A DNA stretch of 63,996 nucleotides, filler included, from Malassezia furfur (GCA_052055015.1; 26 parts of 26 records of this genome joined end to end with filler, not necessarily neighbours in it), one strand, 5' to 3'; counted from the first letter of the whole stretch, positions 42,984 through 54,427 are shown. Translations and numbers: made by a program. The notes: generated by a model from the letters alone, not told the origin.

Positions 42984-44761
42984 ATGGAGCGTACGTGCAC
43001 ACAGCTAACGCAGTCAAGGTGCTCTACTCTCTTGACACGAGCCCTCACCATACCATGATCGCGCGCGCGTCGCAGCGCGTCGCCGTACGCGTCGCGCACG
43101 CGCCTGCACCGCTCGGGACGCTCGGGCGGGTCGCGCTGAAGACGTGTTTGGGCGTGATCTGCGTCGCAAGCCCGGAGCTCGTGCTGGACCGCGCGAACGA
43201 CTACATTGTGTACGCCGTCGACCCGGAAGAGTCGCACCGCGCCGCGCAGCGCTCGCCGACGCACCGCGCACCCGACGCGGCGCGGGCCGCGCCTCATGCG
43301 AGCCCGTCGCGGCGCAGCGGCACGCCACACGTGCTAGTCGGCAAGGGCTTCCTGAGTGGCGCGCTTGAGGAGCCGGGCGACGGCACCTCGTACGTCACCG
43401 GGCGCGTCCGCACCGAGCCGCGGCACACCTACTCGGCGTTTTCCTCGGACGAGGACGAAGAGGGCGACGACGCGTCCAACGACGTGCTCGAGGTCGTCCT
43501 CCGCATGAAAGAGGCGCCACAGCAGAGCCGCGAGCACCTCGCAACGCTCATGCAGGGCCTCGGCGAGGCACGGCACACGCCGCCAGCGCGCGCAGCGTCG
43601 ACGTCTGCCCCAGCGCCGGCACCCACACCGGCCCCCGCGCCCGCCGCGCCGTCGTCGCCGACCGCCGAGCAGCGGCAGCTCATGTCGATGCTGCATGTGA
43701 TTGCCGGCGCACTGCCCGACCAAAAGACGCGCGCGCCGCCGCCGAGCGCACCGAGCGCGCCGACCAGCGGGCGGGCGGACCGGATCTGCTATAACTGCGG
43801 CACGACCACGTCCAAGACGTGGCGCATGCTGCAGCTGCCAGCGGGCGAGCCCGTGCCGCACCCTGCCGCGGAGCGCCCGCCAGCAGACGCCGTGCCGCTT
43901 ACGTGGACGCCCAAGTACGCGCGGGCAACGCAGTGCGTCGCCGACGGCGAGACGCGATGGCAGGCGTGCAATGCGTGTGGCCTCTACTTTACGAAATACA
44001 ACACGTCGCGCTCCGAGCGCATGTGTGCAGGCGCGCGCGCCGACAAGCGCCGCGACGCACGCGCGCCGAAACGCATCAAGACCGAGGAGACCGGCAGCGG
44101 CAAGCCGCTCCGAGCGCCGCCTGCCGCGCAGCACACGCGCGCGCTGCAGGACCTGAGTGGGAACGTGTCGCCCGTGCGGCGCACGGCGTCGAGTCCCGTG
44201 CGCTCACAGCGCATGCCCCCGCCCGCCGCGAGCCCACGCACGGCGCGCAACGTACGTGCGGTCACGCCCGGACAGTACGGCGTGCCGTCGTACCTGATCC
44301 ACTCGTCGCCCAACACGGCGATGCACCGCCTGCTGAGCGAGACGGAGCACGACCTCGACGAAATGCACGCGCACGGCGATCTGCCGACGCCCGGCAAGCT
44401 GCTGGCGCTGCGTGCTGCACAGACCTCGCCGAGCCCCGTGCGCCGCAGCCCACGCAAGCAGCCGCACGGCACGCGCGGCGCCGTCAACCCATACGCGACG
44501 CACGCAAGCGGCACGACGCCGCTGTTTGCGCACGCGACGCCTTCCTCGCCGGCGCTGCCGCTCGACGAGCACGCCGAGGGCCCGCCGAGCCCCAGTGCGG
44601 AGCGCGCAAGCCGCGCCGAGCGGCGTGCACCGCGCGCGTCGCCTGCGGCGCCCGTGCGGCCCGCGCACGACGACGTGTTTGGTGCACATGCATGGCTGCA
44701 CACGCACGCTGCGCCGACGCTCGCGCCCGCCCCGGCGGCCGACACAGCGCCCGCACCGTCG
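42984..44761 (+). CDS. Ams2/Spt21-like GATA transcription factor (3' partial); intron 42991-43013
   Basis: Spliced N-terminus MELKVLYSLD...GRVALKTCLGVICVASPELV..DYIVYAVDPEE (Ams2/Spt21 N domain). GATA finger CYNC...CNACGLYF. Confidence 0.8.
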
Positions 44762-44861
44762 NNNNNNNNNNNNNNNNNNNNNNNNNNNNNNNNNNNNNNN
44801 NNNNNTTAATTAATTAANNNNNNNNNNNNNNNNNNNNNNNNNNNNNNNNNNNNNNNNNNNN

Positions 44862-47175
44862 TCGCGGCGCGCACCTCGGGCGACGCGTCGCTCAGCAGGC
44901 AGCACAGCTTGCCGTGCGCGTCCTTGGCGATCGCCTTGGCCTTGCCTGCCTCGCTGTTGTCCCAGAGCTGTGCGAGGCACAGCGCAGACCACTGGCGCAG
45001 CAAGAAGTCGTCGTCCTCGAGGTGCTCGAGGCAGCTGTCCATCACGTCGGTCTCCAGGCACGCGTCCTGCCCCAACGGGAAATCTTGGCAGAAGACGGCG
45101 AGGATAAAGGCACACATTGCGCGGTGCTCGGACACATTGGGGATCGGCAGCGTGCCGGGCGTGCCGCCGCCGGCCGCCGGCGCGGCGCCGTTCGAGGCGT
45201 GCGCCGTCCAGGAGCCGTGCGTGTTGCCCTGGAATGGCGACAGGACCGTGGCAAAGTACATGTAGCCATTGTCACGCAGCAGATCCACCTGGCAGCTGTG
45301 GTCCACCGCGAGGATGCGTGCCCAGATGTAGATCAGCACCGGCTTGAGGTCCGCCGCGGGGCTCTGGAGCAGCTTGAGCACGTACGGGAAGATGCCGATG
45401 CTCAGCGCCAAATTCACCGCCCACGGCCCCAAGTCCAGGAACTGGGAGAGGAGAATCAGCGCACGCAGGCGGTGCACCTGCGACAGGAGCACCTGTAGCA
45501 CGATCGGCAGCTGGCTCGGCGGGTCGTGCTCGAACCCACGTGCCTCGGCGTCGTCGGCGATCGCCGCGTCGGCCTCGTAGCCGTGCACGGCGCCCGCCTC
45601 CGCGGCGGCGCGCATCTCGGGGCGCGTCGTGCCCGGGCCGCTCGCGAGCAGCACGGGGTGCCGCTGGACGCGCCGTCGTGGCGCACGACGGCTCACGTCG
45701 CCCTGCGAGAGCCACACCTCGAACGCCTTGAGCTGCTCACTAAAGAAGCTGCTGTGCTGGTACTCGAACGCGGCCAGGTGCGGGGGCATGGGGTCGCCGC
45801 CGTTGGCCGCGACCACGCGTGCATTCTCTTTGGCGAGGAGCGTGGGCAGCTGCGCCAGACACTGGTCCACCGCCAAGTCCCACGAGTCCCACAGCGGGTG
45901 ATTGTGCGTCGGGGGCAGGCGCGGGTGGCTCACAGGCGTGCAGTGGTAGAAGCGCATGATGCGCTCCGCGAGCAAAAAGTTGCGCAGCAGCGCCGCGACC
46001 ATCAGATCGTCGCGGAAGAAACGGCGGAAGAGCGCGCGGGGCAGCACCGTCCAGGCGATCGTGTCGGTCACCGCCGTGAGGATCCAGTTGAGCTCACCGA
46101 GCGGCGTGCGCCGGTCTTGCAAGCGCCCCGGGATGCTCATCACCATATCGACGTTTAGCGCGCTCGGCAGCGGGTTCTGCAGCACGAACCAGCGCAGCGA
46201 GATCTCGATGGGCGACGTGAGGCAGCACGTGAACAGGTCCGCAGGCAGGTCAGGGTTCATCGGCAGGATCTCGTCCGCGCCGCACGCCGCCAGGTGGATC
46301 GACTCGCGCAACGGGAACTGCGGCTCGCCGTGCGCATCGACGGTGATGCCATCCGCGTTGGGCAGCGGCGGCGGCTCGCGGCCCTCGCTAAGCGCCGCCT
46401 TGGCCTCCTCCTCGGCACGCGCCTCGGCGAGCGTGCGGAAGTTGTTCACAATGTTGCCTGCGGCGCTCGTGTCCCACACGTAGATGCACGGGCTCCCGAG
46501 CCAGGTCTGCAGGTCGTACAGCGTGAGGGGGATGTACTGCGTGTACGCCTTGTTGAACACCCAGATCTCACCGCCCGGCGTGGGTTTCGGCACGCCGTAC
46601 CCGTTGTAGTAAAACAGCACGCGCTCCTCCTTGGCGGTGCGCCGCAGGTTGGTGCAGAAGCGCTTGATCTCCTCGACGATCGGGTCGAGGTACTGCTTGT
46701 AGCGCGTCTTCATGCTGAGCGTTTCGAACTGCACCTGCAGATTGCGCCCGATCGCCGGCAGCGCCTTGCTCGCGTCGAGCGACTCGGGGTCCATCCAGCA
46801 GATCAGCTTCGCGCACGGGTTCGTCTTGCTCACGTCCGGCGGGTCGACGCCAAGGTTGAGGCACATCACGAGCGCCGCGGTGACGGTGCGCAGGCGTTCG
46901 CGCATGCGCCAGTCGGGCAGATCCTGTGCGCGGCGGGCGTGTGGGTCGCCATTCGTGGTGTGCCGCTTGTTGTTCCAATGCGTGAGGTAGGGCGACTCGA
47001 GCAGCATCCAGTCCTCCACCTCGGGCTGCAGCAGCGCGCCGTGCCGCGGCCCGGTGAGCGTCGAGTCGGCCGCGGACGTGGTGCTCTCCACCTCCTCGTC
47101 GATATCCGACGGCGGGGCCGGCGCGGCGCGCGCTGGCACCGTATCGGGTGCCCGTGCGCCGCTGCGCTCCACCAT
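44862..47175 (-). CDS. KOG1: TORC1 subunit Kog1/Raptor (3' partial)
   Basis: DWRMRERLRTVTAALVMCLNLGVDPPDV, GEIWVFNKAYTQYIP, PADLFTCCLTSPI, QLPIVLQVLLSQVHRLRAL. Confidence 0.98.
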
Positions 47176-47425
47176 GGCTCGGGGCGGGCGACGCACGGCG
47201 CGNNNNNNNNNNNNNNNNNNNNNNNNNNNNNNNNNNNNNNNNNNNNTTAATTAATTAANNNNNNNNNNNNNNNNNNNNNNNNNNNNNNNNNNNNNNNNNN
47301 NNCGGAGAGACAGGGCATTCACATGGGCGGGTGCGGCGCGGCGGCACGCACCCACCGCCCAGAAGCGGTGCGGGCGGTCGTCGTAGGCAGTCCTAGTGTG
47401 TCCAAAATACACACACGATCGTATC

Positions 47426-47601
47426 TTACTTCGCGCGCGCGGCGTTGTTCGAGAGGTTGTCCACCTGGCGCATCGTCGACACGGCGAGAATCTGTGTAAG
47501 GTTCCGAATGCCGCTGCACATACATGGTAGATCACAATCAGGATCATCGCACCGCTGCCGAGCGCGTTCGAGATCGTCGTGAGCACAGTGTCGGTAATCA
47601 T
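47426..47601 (-). CDS. OST4: Oligosaccharyltransferase small subunit Ost4 (47 aa); intron 47492-47523
   Basis: Spliced: MITDTVLTTISNALGSGAMILIVIYHILAVSTMRQVDNLSNNAARAK*. Confidence 0.88.
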
Positions 47602-47750
47602 CGTGGCAAGAGATAGGCAGGGCAGGTCGAGGTACGCAAGTGACGTGCGGACTGTCCGAATAAATTTTTTGCTGCGAGAAATCACGCAAGCGGTGCTTTG
47701 TCATGACGTCATACCCAATTGGAAATCTATGAGCGCGCTGGGCCAGGAGC

Positions 47751-48566
47751 CTACTCCTTTCGCCGCTTGCCGGTAGTCGACACCTTTTTGCGTGCGCCGG
47801 CGCCCGACTTGGCACGCGCACGATTCGCGGCACGCCGGATTTCGGCCTGCTGGTGGTTGCGCTCGCGCTGCCGATGCCGCTCTTCGGCACGCTCAGCGGC
47901 CGAGAGGTAGTGGTGCTCGCGCTTTGCCGGCGTCGGCGCCGCGGTTTCCGTAGCAAACGTGTGCGTAGCATTCGCGACCTCGGGCTCGAGAATCGACGTG
48001 AGGCTTCCTGAGGGGCGTGTGTAGGACGGTTTTTTGGGTTTGCCCGGCTCCTCGCGCGCCTCCCTCCGCGCGGCGCGGCGCGACGACGGCGGAAGCTGTT
48101 CGCGCGGCGCGGGTTTCGGCGCAGGCGCGGCCCAGTCGTCCACGTCGAGTTCCTGTACGGTGACATGCGCGCGGCGCTCGTCGTTCTCGAAATCGTGCTC
48201 CTCCTGCATGCGCGCCTCCTCGTCGTCCGCCTCGTCGTCCGACAAGAGGCCCAGCGCGCGGCGCTCGGCGCGCACATTCTCGGCGGCCTGCTCCTTGCGC
48301 GCCAGTGCGGCATCGCGCCGGCTCTGTCGGATCTCTTCGCGGATCTTGGCCTGCTTGGCGTCGTGCGCGTGCTGCTTGCGCTGCTGCTTGCGTTTCGAGA
48401 AACCCGTGAGGTATTCGCGCCGCGCGTCCTCATCGAACGTGACCGTCTGCCGCTTCTCGAAGCGCCGCTTGGGCGGAGGTGGGCGCAGCGGCGGCGCGCG
48501 CTTCTTGAGTACCGGCTTGCTCTTTTGTGCCGACTCGGTGAGCTGCTGCAGCGTGCTGCCGGCCAT
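47751..48566 (-). CDS. RRP17: rRNA processing protein Rrp17/NOL12
   Basis: TVTFDEDARREYLTGFSKRKQQRK signature, basic C-terminus. Confidence 0.9.
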   Translation of the reverse strand: MAGSTLQQLTESAQKSKPVLKKRAPPLRPPPPKRRFEKRQTVTFDEDARREYLTGFSKRKQQRKQHAHDAKQAKIREEIRQSRRDAALARKEQAAENVRAERRALGLLSDDEADDEEARMQEEHDFENDERRAHVTVQELDVDDWAAPAPKPAPREQLPPSSRRAARREAREEPGKPKKPSYTRPSGSLTSILEPEVANATHTFATETAAPTPAKREHHYLSAAERAEERHRQRERNHQQAEIRRAANRARAKSGAGARKKVSTTGKRRKE

Positions 48567-48658
48567 GATGAAGCGTGCCTGCAAGCTGCGCGCAGGCACA
48601 CCCGATCGGGCGCCGTAAAAAAAAGGCCCGATCGCGCGCCCAGACGCCCCCCACCCCC

Positions 48659-49641
48659 ATGCGCGCGACGCCGACACAGGCGAAGCCGCGCGCACCTGCG
48701 GTCTCGGGCCTGGGCCGCGGCGCCGTGGGCCAGGCGCAGATTGCAGACAAGAGCGGGCGCATCACCGAGTACTGGTCCGAGGACGACAAGTGCCCGATCT
48801 GCAAGACGGACCGCTACCTGTCTCCGCGGCTGCGGCTGATGGTCAGTCCGTGCTATCACAAGATGTGTGAGTCGTGCATCGATCGGCTTTTCTCGCTGGG
48901 TCCAGCGGCATGCCCTGTGTGTGGGAAGATTGTGCGCAAGCAGCAGTTTAGCGCGCAGACGTTCCAGGACCTCGGCGTCGAGGAAGAGGTCGCCATCCGC
49001 CGGCGCGTCGCCAAGCTCTTCAACCGGCGCCCCGAAGACTTTCCGAGCCTCAAGGCATATAACGACTACCTGGAGGAGTTTGAGGAGATCACGTTCAACC
49101 TCGTCAACAAGGTCGACGTGGAGCATACGCAGCAGCGGCTCGCGCAGTACGAGGCGCGCAACAAGGCCGTCATCGCCGCGCACCAGCAGCAGCGCGAGCA
49201 CGAGTCCGATCAGCAGCTGCAGGCCGACGAGGAGGCGCGGCACGAGCGCCAGGTGCGTGCGCAGCGCGTGCTCGCCGAGCAAAAGCTTGAGCAGGAGCAG
49301 CGCGAGGAGGACGAGCGCGAGATGGTCGCGGCGCTCGCGACCGGGCGCAGCATCGAAGACGTGATGCGCGACCGTGCAAAGCGGCTCGAGGCGCGTGCAC
49401 GCGATGCACAGAAGCGCGAGCGCGCCGAGCAGCAGCGCCTGCAGGAGTACGAGCGCGAGCGGCAGGCGCGGCGGAATGCGGCGCCCAAGCCGCGGCAGAC
49501 GGCGGCCGAGGCCGAGGTGGTGCGTGAGGCGACCCGCTCGGACTACGTAGGTGCGTTTGCGACGATCGATGACGGCGCGGCGCTGGCGCCCGCGCGTGCC
49601 GCGCCCGCAGCGCCAACAGGCGCTCGCGCTCGAGGCGCATC
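48659..49641 (+). CDS. TFB3: TFIIH/CAK assembly factor Tfb3/MAT1 (3' partial)
   Basis: CPICKTDRYLSPRLRLMVSPCYHKMCESCIDRLF...QTFQDLGVEEEVAIRRRV...YNDYLEEFEEITFNL. Confidence 0.96.
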
Positions 49642-49741
49642 NNNNNNNNNNNNNNNNNNNNNNNNNNNNNNNNNNNNNNNNNNNNTTAATTAATTAANNN
49701 NNNNNNNNNNNNNNNNNNNNNNNNNNNNNNNNNNNNNNNNN

Positions 49742-51610
49742 GCCGCCCGACGCGCCGCTCCCCGCGGCGCCGCCGCTCGCGCGCCCGCTGCTCGGCGGGC
49801 TGTACCTGACGGACCTGCTCGTGGTGTCGGTGTCGCTCGTCGCCAACCTGCTGCGCACCTGCTCGCTCGCCGAGCTGCTCGACATGGTGTGGTTCGGCGC
49901 GGTGTACCTGCGTACGTGATGCGCACTCACCCAGTCTTCCGCCTCGCGGCGCAGATGCGCTCGCGCTGGATGCTCAGCAAGCGCCAGATGCGCCTCTCGG
50001 GCTCCGGCGCACCGTGCTTCTTCTCGGTGTTTGTGCTGTGCGGCGCACGGTACATCCTGATGCGCTTCCCGTTCCTGCTGCCGCGCGTCACCCTCGCCCA
50101 GGAGACCACGGGGCCCCTCGTGCAGTGGCGCACGGGCGGCGCCGTGGCGCACCTCGTCGCGCCGCTCGGGCCGCCCACCGAGCCCGGCGCACCGATACCC
50201 CCCTTTCGCGCCTACTGGATCCGCGGCGAGCGCCGCGCGCCGCCGACCGCGCGCCGGCGCATCGTCGTGCTGTTCGTGCACGGCGGCGGCTTCGCGCTCG
50301 GCTCTGTCGCGCTGTACACCGAGCCGCTGCTCCGCGTGCTCGGGCACGTCGCCAAGGCGAGCGCGGGGCGCGTGCGCGCCGAGTGCGTCGCGCTCGAGTA
50401 CGACCTCGTGCCCGGCGTGCGCTTCCCCGAGCCGCTGCTGCAGTGCCTGCGCTGCTACGCACACCTCGTCGAGTTCGAGCGCATCCCGCCCGAGGAGATC
50501 GTGCTGTGCGGCGACAGCGCCGGCGGCGGGCTCGTGCTCTCCATGCTGCTGTGCCTCACGGGCCAGGCACGCGACGCGCCGCTCCTCGGCACCGAGCGCG
50601 ACTGGAGCCTGCTGCCGCTGCCCGCGCGCGCGGTGCTCATCAGCCCGGTCGTCGACCTGCGCCCGCACGCGGCGCTCGTCTTCGACGGGCTGCGCCAGCT
50701 CGCCGCGGCGCGCGACCTGCGCGCCCGCAAGGCGGTCGCGCGCCGCCTGCTCGCACAGGGCACGCCGAGCGCCCTCGACTTTCTCGCGCCCGAGGCGCTG
50801 CTGCACTACGCGCAGCTGTACACCGGCGTGCTGCGCCGCCCGCGGCGCGCCCAGGGGCCCGCCGAGACGCTGCGCAAGCTCCTCGCCTCCTACGCCCCGC
50901 GCCCGGGCGTGCTGGCCCCCGTGCAGACGCTCGCGTATTACACGCTGCGGCTGCTCTCGCGCCCGCTGCTGCGCGGCGCGGCGCGCGCCGCGTACGGCGC
51001 GCCCGTCCCGGCGTACGCCAGCGCGCACGCGCCCGTCGTGCCGCCCGGCGAGGCCCAGAGCGACGCGGTGCTGCCCCCCGGGCCGCTGTACCGCACCTCG
51101 GCGCTGCTGGGCGTGCACGGCGCGGAGCAGACGACGCTCGCCACGAGCCCGCTGGTGAACCCGGCGCTGGGCGCGTGGGACGAGGTGCACCTTGCGCGCG
51201 GTCTGTACGTCACGTACGGGTGCAACGAGGTGCTCGCGCCCGACATTGACGCCTGGGCGACGCGCGTGCGGCGCGCGTGGGCGGCCGCCGACTGGCCCGC
51301 GGGCCTCGACGTGCACGTCGAGCCGGGGCCCGACGGCGTGCACGTCTGGCCGTTCGTCACCATGTACCTGGCCGCGCGGCTGTCGAAACGCGAGCGTGGG
51401 CTGCGCACGCTCGCGCACGCGCTGCTGCAGCTGTACCCGGACGAGGCCGTGGACGAGGGCGCGGACCTCTCGCCGCAGGTCGACGTCGACGCGGTCGAGT
51501 TTGGCTCGCCGGCGTCCATGCCGAGCGACTACGAGGAGGAGCACACCGAGGACCGCGCCGCGCAGCTTGCCTGGGAGCAGGAGCTGATGCGCCTCGGCCT
51601 GCGCGTGTAG
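49742..51610 (+). CDS. HSL-family alpha/beta hydrolase (lipase/esterase, Say1-like) with hydrophobic N-terminus (5' partial); intron 49912-49934
   Basis: FVHGGGF oxyanion motif, CGDSAGG nucleophile elbow, LISPVVD, GCNEVL, GVHVWP. Confidence 0.88.
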   Translation, partial: AARRAAPRGAAARAPAARRAVPDGPARGVGVARRQPAAHLLARRAARHGVVRRGVPAYVMRTHPVFRLAAQMRSRWMLSKRQMRLSGSGAPCFFSVFVLCGARYILMRFPFLLPRVTLAQETTGPLVQWRTGGAVAHLVAPLGPPTEPGAPIPPFRAYWIRGERRAPPTARRRIVVLFVHGGGFALGSVALYTEPLLRVLGHVAKASAGRVRAECVALEYDLVPGVRFPEPLLQCLRCYAHLVEFERIPPEEIVLCGDSAGGGLVLSMLLCLTGQARDAPLLGTERDWSLLPLPARAVLISPVVDLRPHAALVFDGLRQLAAARDLRARKAVARRLLAQGTPSALDFLAPEALLHYAQLYTGVLRRPRRAQGPAETLRKLLASYAPRPGVLAPVQTLAYYTLRLLSRPLLRGAARAAYGAPVPAYASAHAPVVPPGEAQSDAVLPPGPLYRTSALLGVHGAEQTTLATSPLVNPALGAWDEVHLARGLYVTYGCNEVLAPDIDAWATRVRRAWAAADWPAGLDVHVEPGPDGVHVWPFVTMYLAARLSKRERGLRTLAHALLQLYPDEAVDEGADLSPQVDVDAVEFGSPASMPSDYEEEHTEDRAAQLAWEQELMRLGLRV

Positions 51611-51716
51611 CGGGCGATGCGATGCGCCCGCTGGGCGCCCCGCCAAAGCCAGGTGTGAGAGAAAGAGGGATGCGTGCCGCATGGTGCATGCGTCTATAGT
51701 CTACAAGCATAGGAGG

Positions 51717-52072
51717 TCACTCCATGGGGTTGGTGTACGCCGCCTGCTCCTCGTCCTGGTCCGCGGTCGAGCACAGCCCGCAGCCGAGCAGCAAATCCGA
51801 CCAGTACCACCGCTTCGACGGCTCGGCCAGCTCGGGATCCGGCGTGCGGGTACCCAGCTCCATCGCCGCGTGGGGGCCGGCGTAGTCGGGCGTCGCGGTG
51901 CCCGACGCCTCGCTGGGCCCAGGCACCGGCGACGCAAAGGGGTCGGCGGTCGCGATCGATGTCGCACCGCTCGCGACGTCCGCCTCGTCCTGGTGCGCCA
52001 CCTCGGGGATCGCCGTAATGTGCCCGCGGTGCGTGTCGCTCCGCGCGAGGCCCGTCGGGCCGCGGCGGGCGG
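51717..52072 (-). CDS. C-terminus of an unidentified protein (partial)
   Basis: Ends RWYWSDLLLGCGLCSTADQDEEQAAYTNPME*. Confidence 0.45.
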
Positions 52073-52172
52073 NNNNNNNNNNNNNNNNNNNNNNNNNNNN
52101 NNNNNNNNNNNNNNNNTTAATTAATTAANNNNNNNNNNNNNNNNNNNNNNNNNNNNNNNNNNNNNNNNNNNN

Positions 52173-52314
52173 CGACCTCGCGCCGCTCGCCGTGCGCGGC
52201 GTCGACGCGGCGCGCGCCGCCTTCTGCGCCGCGTACACCCAGCGCGACGCGCGCGTCACGCGCAAGCAGTTTGCGCCTGCGGTGCGTGCGGTGTGCGCGT
52301 CGCTTGCCAAGTAG
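52173..52314 (+). CDS. C-terminus of an unidentified protein (partial)
   Basis: AFCAAYTQRDARVTRKQFAPAVRAVCASLAK*; stop lies 7 bp from the PEX5 stop. Confidence 0.4.
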
Positions 52315-52321
52315 CTACGGT

Positions 52322-54394
52322 CTAGAAATCAAAGCCCGCGTCGCGGAACTGCTGCAGGTCCGAGCCGACGTGGCACGCATTCGCGAGGTCCATGCGGTTG
52401 AGCACGACAAAGATGCTGCGCAGCGTGCTCCACAGGCTCTCGCTCTCCTTGCTCGCGGCGAGCGGCGGCGCGGCGCGCTCCGTCGGCCCGTCGGCCGTGT
52501 CGGGCAGCGGCTGCGCACGCTGCAGCGTCAGCGCCGACAGGAGGTGCTCGGCGGCCTGGTGGTGCGCGCCGAGGTTCAGGCACGACACGCTCAGGTTGTA
52601 GATGGCGCGCGTGAACGTGGGCCGCAGCTCGAGCGCCTTGTGGTACGCCTCGGTGGCCAGCTCGGGGTTCCCGCCGTTGGCGAGCGTCGCGCCGAGCCGG
52701 TTCCACAGCTGGAAGTCGTCCGGGCGCGACTGCAGCGCCGCCTCGAAGCAGTCGCGCGCCTGGTCGTAGCTCGACGAGGAGTAGAAGAGCACACCGAGCG
52801 CGACCTGCACCTCGGCGTCCATCTGCCCGCTCGCCGCGTTCTCGCGCGCGGCCTTCAAGAAGAGGTCGCGCACGTAGTTCAGCCGCGCCCACGGGTTCGT
52901 TGCGTCGTCGCGCAGCGCGGGGAACTCGGGCGACGGCGCCAGGTGGGGGTGCGTGCGGTGCAGGTAGCGCAGCAGCGTCGCGTTCGCCGCCTGGTCGTAG
53001 CCCTCGTTGATGTACGACACCGCCAGCGACAGATACGCGCCGAGGTTGTTGGCGTCGAGCTCCAGCGCGCGCTCCAGCGCCTGGATCGCCTTTTCCTCGT
53101 GCTCGTTCATCGCCTGCGACTCGCCGAGCCGCTGCCACGCACGGCTCCGCTCGGCGTCGGTGCGCTGGATGTCGTCGGCGCCCTGCAGCGCCGCATCGCG
53201 CTGCGTCGCCACCTCGAACAGCAGCGCCGCATCCGTCAGGCTCCCGTTGTGCTCGAGCAGCCGCACGCCCTCGGCAAACGGCGCGGGGTGGTCCACGTAC
53301 GGGTTCGCGGGCGCATACGTGTACTCGCCGAGCATCGGGAAGCCGTGCTCGTCCACGTCGTTGAGCGTCGGCCGCAGGCGCTCCTCTTCCTCGCCCAGCC
53401 CATCGGTCTCGTTCAGCCCGAGCTCGCCCGGGCCCAGGCCGCCGCCGGGGTGCGTCGACTGCGACGGGTCCTCCTCCCGGATCGCCTGGATCAGCTGCTC
53501 CTCCCACTGCGCCAGGTCGTCGTTCCCCTTGTGCACGCTGGGGTCCTTGAGCGCATTCCACAGCTCCTCGAACCGGGGGTTCGCGTCGCGGAACGTCGTG
53601 CCCAGCCGGTCCTCAAACTCGCGCAGCTTTGCGTGCTCCGCGGCCTCCTCCTCGGCGCTCAGCGGCGCGTCCGCAGGCCCCGCCGTCGCCGCCTCGCCGG
53701 CCGCCGCCTCGGGCTCCTTGCCTTTGCCCTTGCCTTGCGTGCTCTCCTCGAGCCGGCGGAACTGCTCCTCCCACTGCGCATCGTCCAGCTCGACAATGCG
53801 CTCGCCACGCACCTCGCTCGCCGGCGGCGCACGCATGCTCATGCCCATGCCCATGCCCATGCCCCCCATGCCCATGCCCATCGGCATGCCCATGCCCATG
53901 CCCATCGGCATGCGGTGCGTCGGACCGCCGTGGGCCGCGCGCTCGGGCGCATGCTGTGCGGCGGACGCGCCGCTCGGCGGCGCATGCGCACCGCGCGCGG
54001 CAAACTGCTCGCTCCACGCGTGCGAGGGCGCCGCGCGCTGCGGCGCCGACGCCGCCGACGGCCGCTGCATCTCGTGCGCCCACGCGGACGGCGGCGCACC
54101 CGCATGCGCGACCGGCGCGCCGGCGCCACGCATCGCATCCATCTCGGCACGCATCGCATGCATGTCAAACGCCGGCGCGCCCGCGCGCGGATGCGCAAAC
54201 GCCTCCATCTCAGGCGCCGGCCCCGCACCAGCGGGGCGCGTGCGGAACTGAGGGCGCTGGGCGCCCGCGCCGTCCGCCGGGCGCAGACCGTCCTGCTGCA
54301 GCGAGCGGTCGGTCTGCGCATGCTTCAGGAACTGCGACATTGTGTTGCTCGACGTGCTGCACTCCGCGCCGGACAGCATCGACTGGAACGCCAT
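52322..54394 (-). CDS. PEX5: PTS1 receptor Pex5
   Basis: N-terminal Cys (MAFQSMLSGAECS), WxxxF motifs (WSEQF, WEEQF), TPRs (AWQRLGESQAMNEHE, LWNRLGATLANG, PTFTRAIYNL). Confidence 0.96.
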   Translation of the reverse strand: MAFQSMLSGAECSTSSNTMSQFLKHAQTDRSLQQDGLRPADGAGAQRPQFRTRPAGAGPAPEMEAFAHPRAGAPAFDMHAMRAEMDAMRGAGAPVAHAGAPPSAWAHEMQRPSAASAPQRAAPSHAWSEQFAARGAHAPPSGASAAQHAPERAAHGGPTHRMPMGMGMGMPMGMGMGGMGMGMGMSMRAPPASEVRGERIVELDDAQWEEQFRRLEESTQGKGKGKEPEAAAGEAATAGPADAPLSAEEEAAEHAKLREFEDRLGTTFRDANPRFEELWNALKDPSVHKGNDDLAQWEEQLIQAIREEDPSQSTHPGGGLGPGELGLNETDGLGEEEERLRPTLNDVDEHGFPMLGEYTYAPANPYVDHPAPFAEGVRLLEHNGSLTDAALLFEVATQRDAALQGADDIQRTDAERSRAWQRLGESQAMNEHEEKAIQALERALELDANNLGAYLSLAVSYINEGYDQAANATLLRYLHRTHPHLAPSPEFPALRDDATNPWARLNYVRDLFLKAARENAASGQMDAEVQVALGVLFYSSSSYDQARDCFEAALQSRPDDFQLWNRLGATLANGGNPELATEAYHKALELRPTFTRAIYNLSVSCLNLGAHHQAAEHLLSALTLQRAQPLPDTADGPTERAAPPLAASKESESLWSTLRSIFVVLNRMDLANACHVGSDLQQFRDAGFDF
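53838..53907. repeat. (CCCATG)n hexamer repeat encoding a Met-Gly tract in Pex5
   Basis: About 10 interrupted CCCATG units. Confidence 0.8.
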
Positions 54395-54427
54395 CGTGGA
54401 AGACGCTGCGGGGCACCGCGCCACCAC

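Noticed and set aside
45520..45710. ~50-aa insertion in Kog1 (and a similar one in Pan5 near 39000-39130) as a possible intein or intron
   Set aside because: No intein termini and no micro-intron signature; most likely ordinary variable loops.
4588..47175. Apparent functional clustering (SEA3 + KOG1; USO1, TRS120, VPS41, VPS54, IST1; HMG1 + TUL1; PRP22 + U2AF65)
   Set aside because: The genes lie on different contigs ordered only by length, so co-occurrence carries no synteny information.
47303..47750. Lower-GC stretch that might hold an ncRNA or tRNA
   Set aside because: Explained by the two-exon OST4 gene and its promoter; no cloverleaf or snRNA motif recognised.
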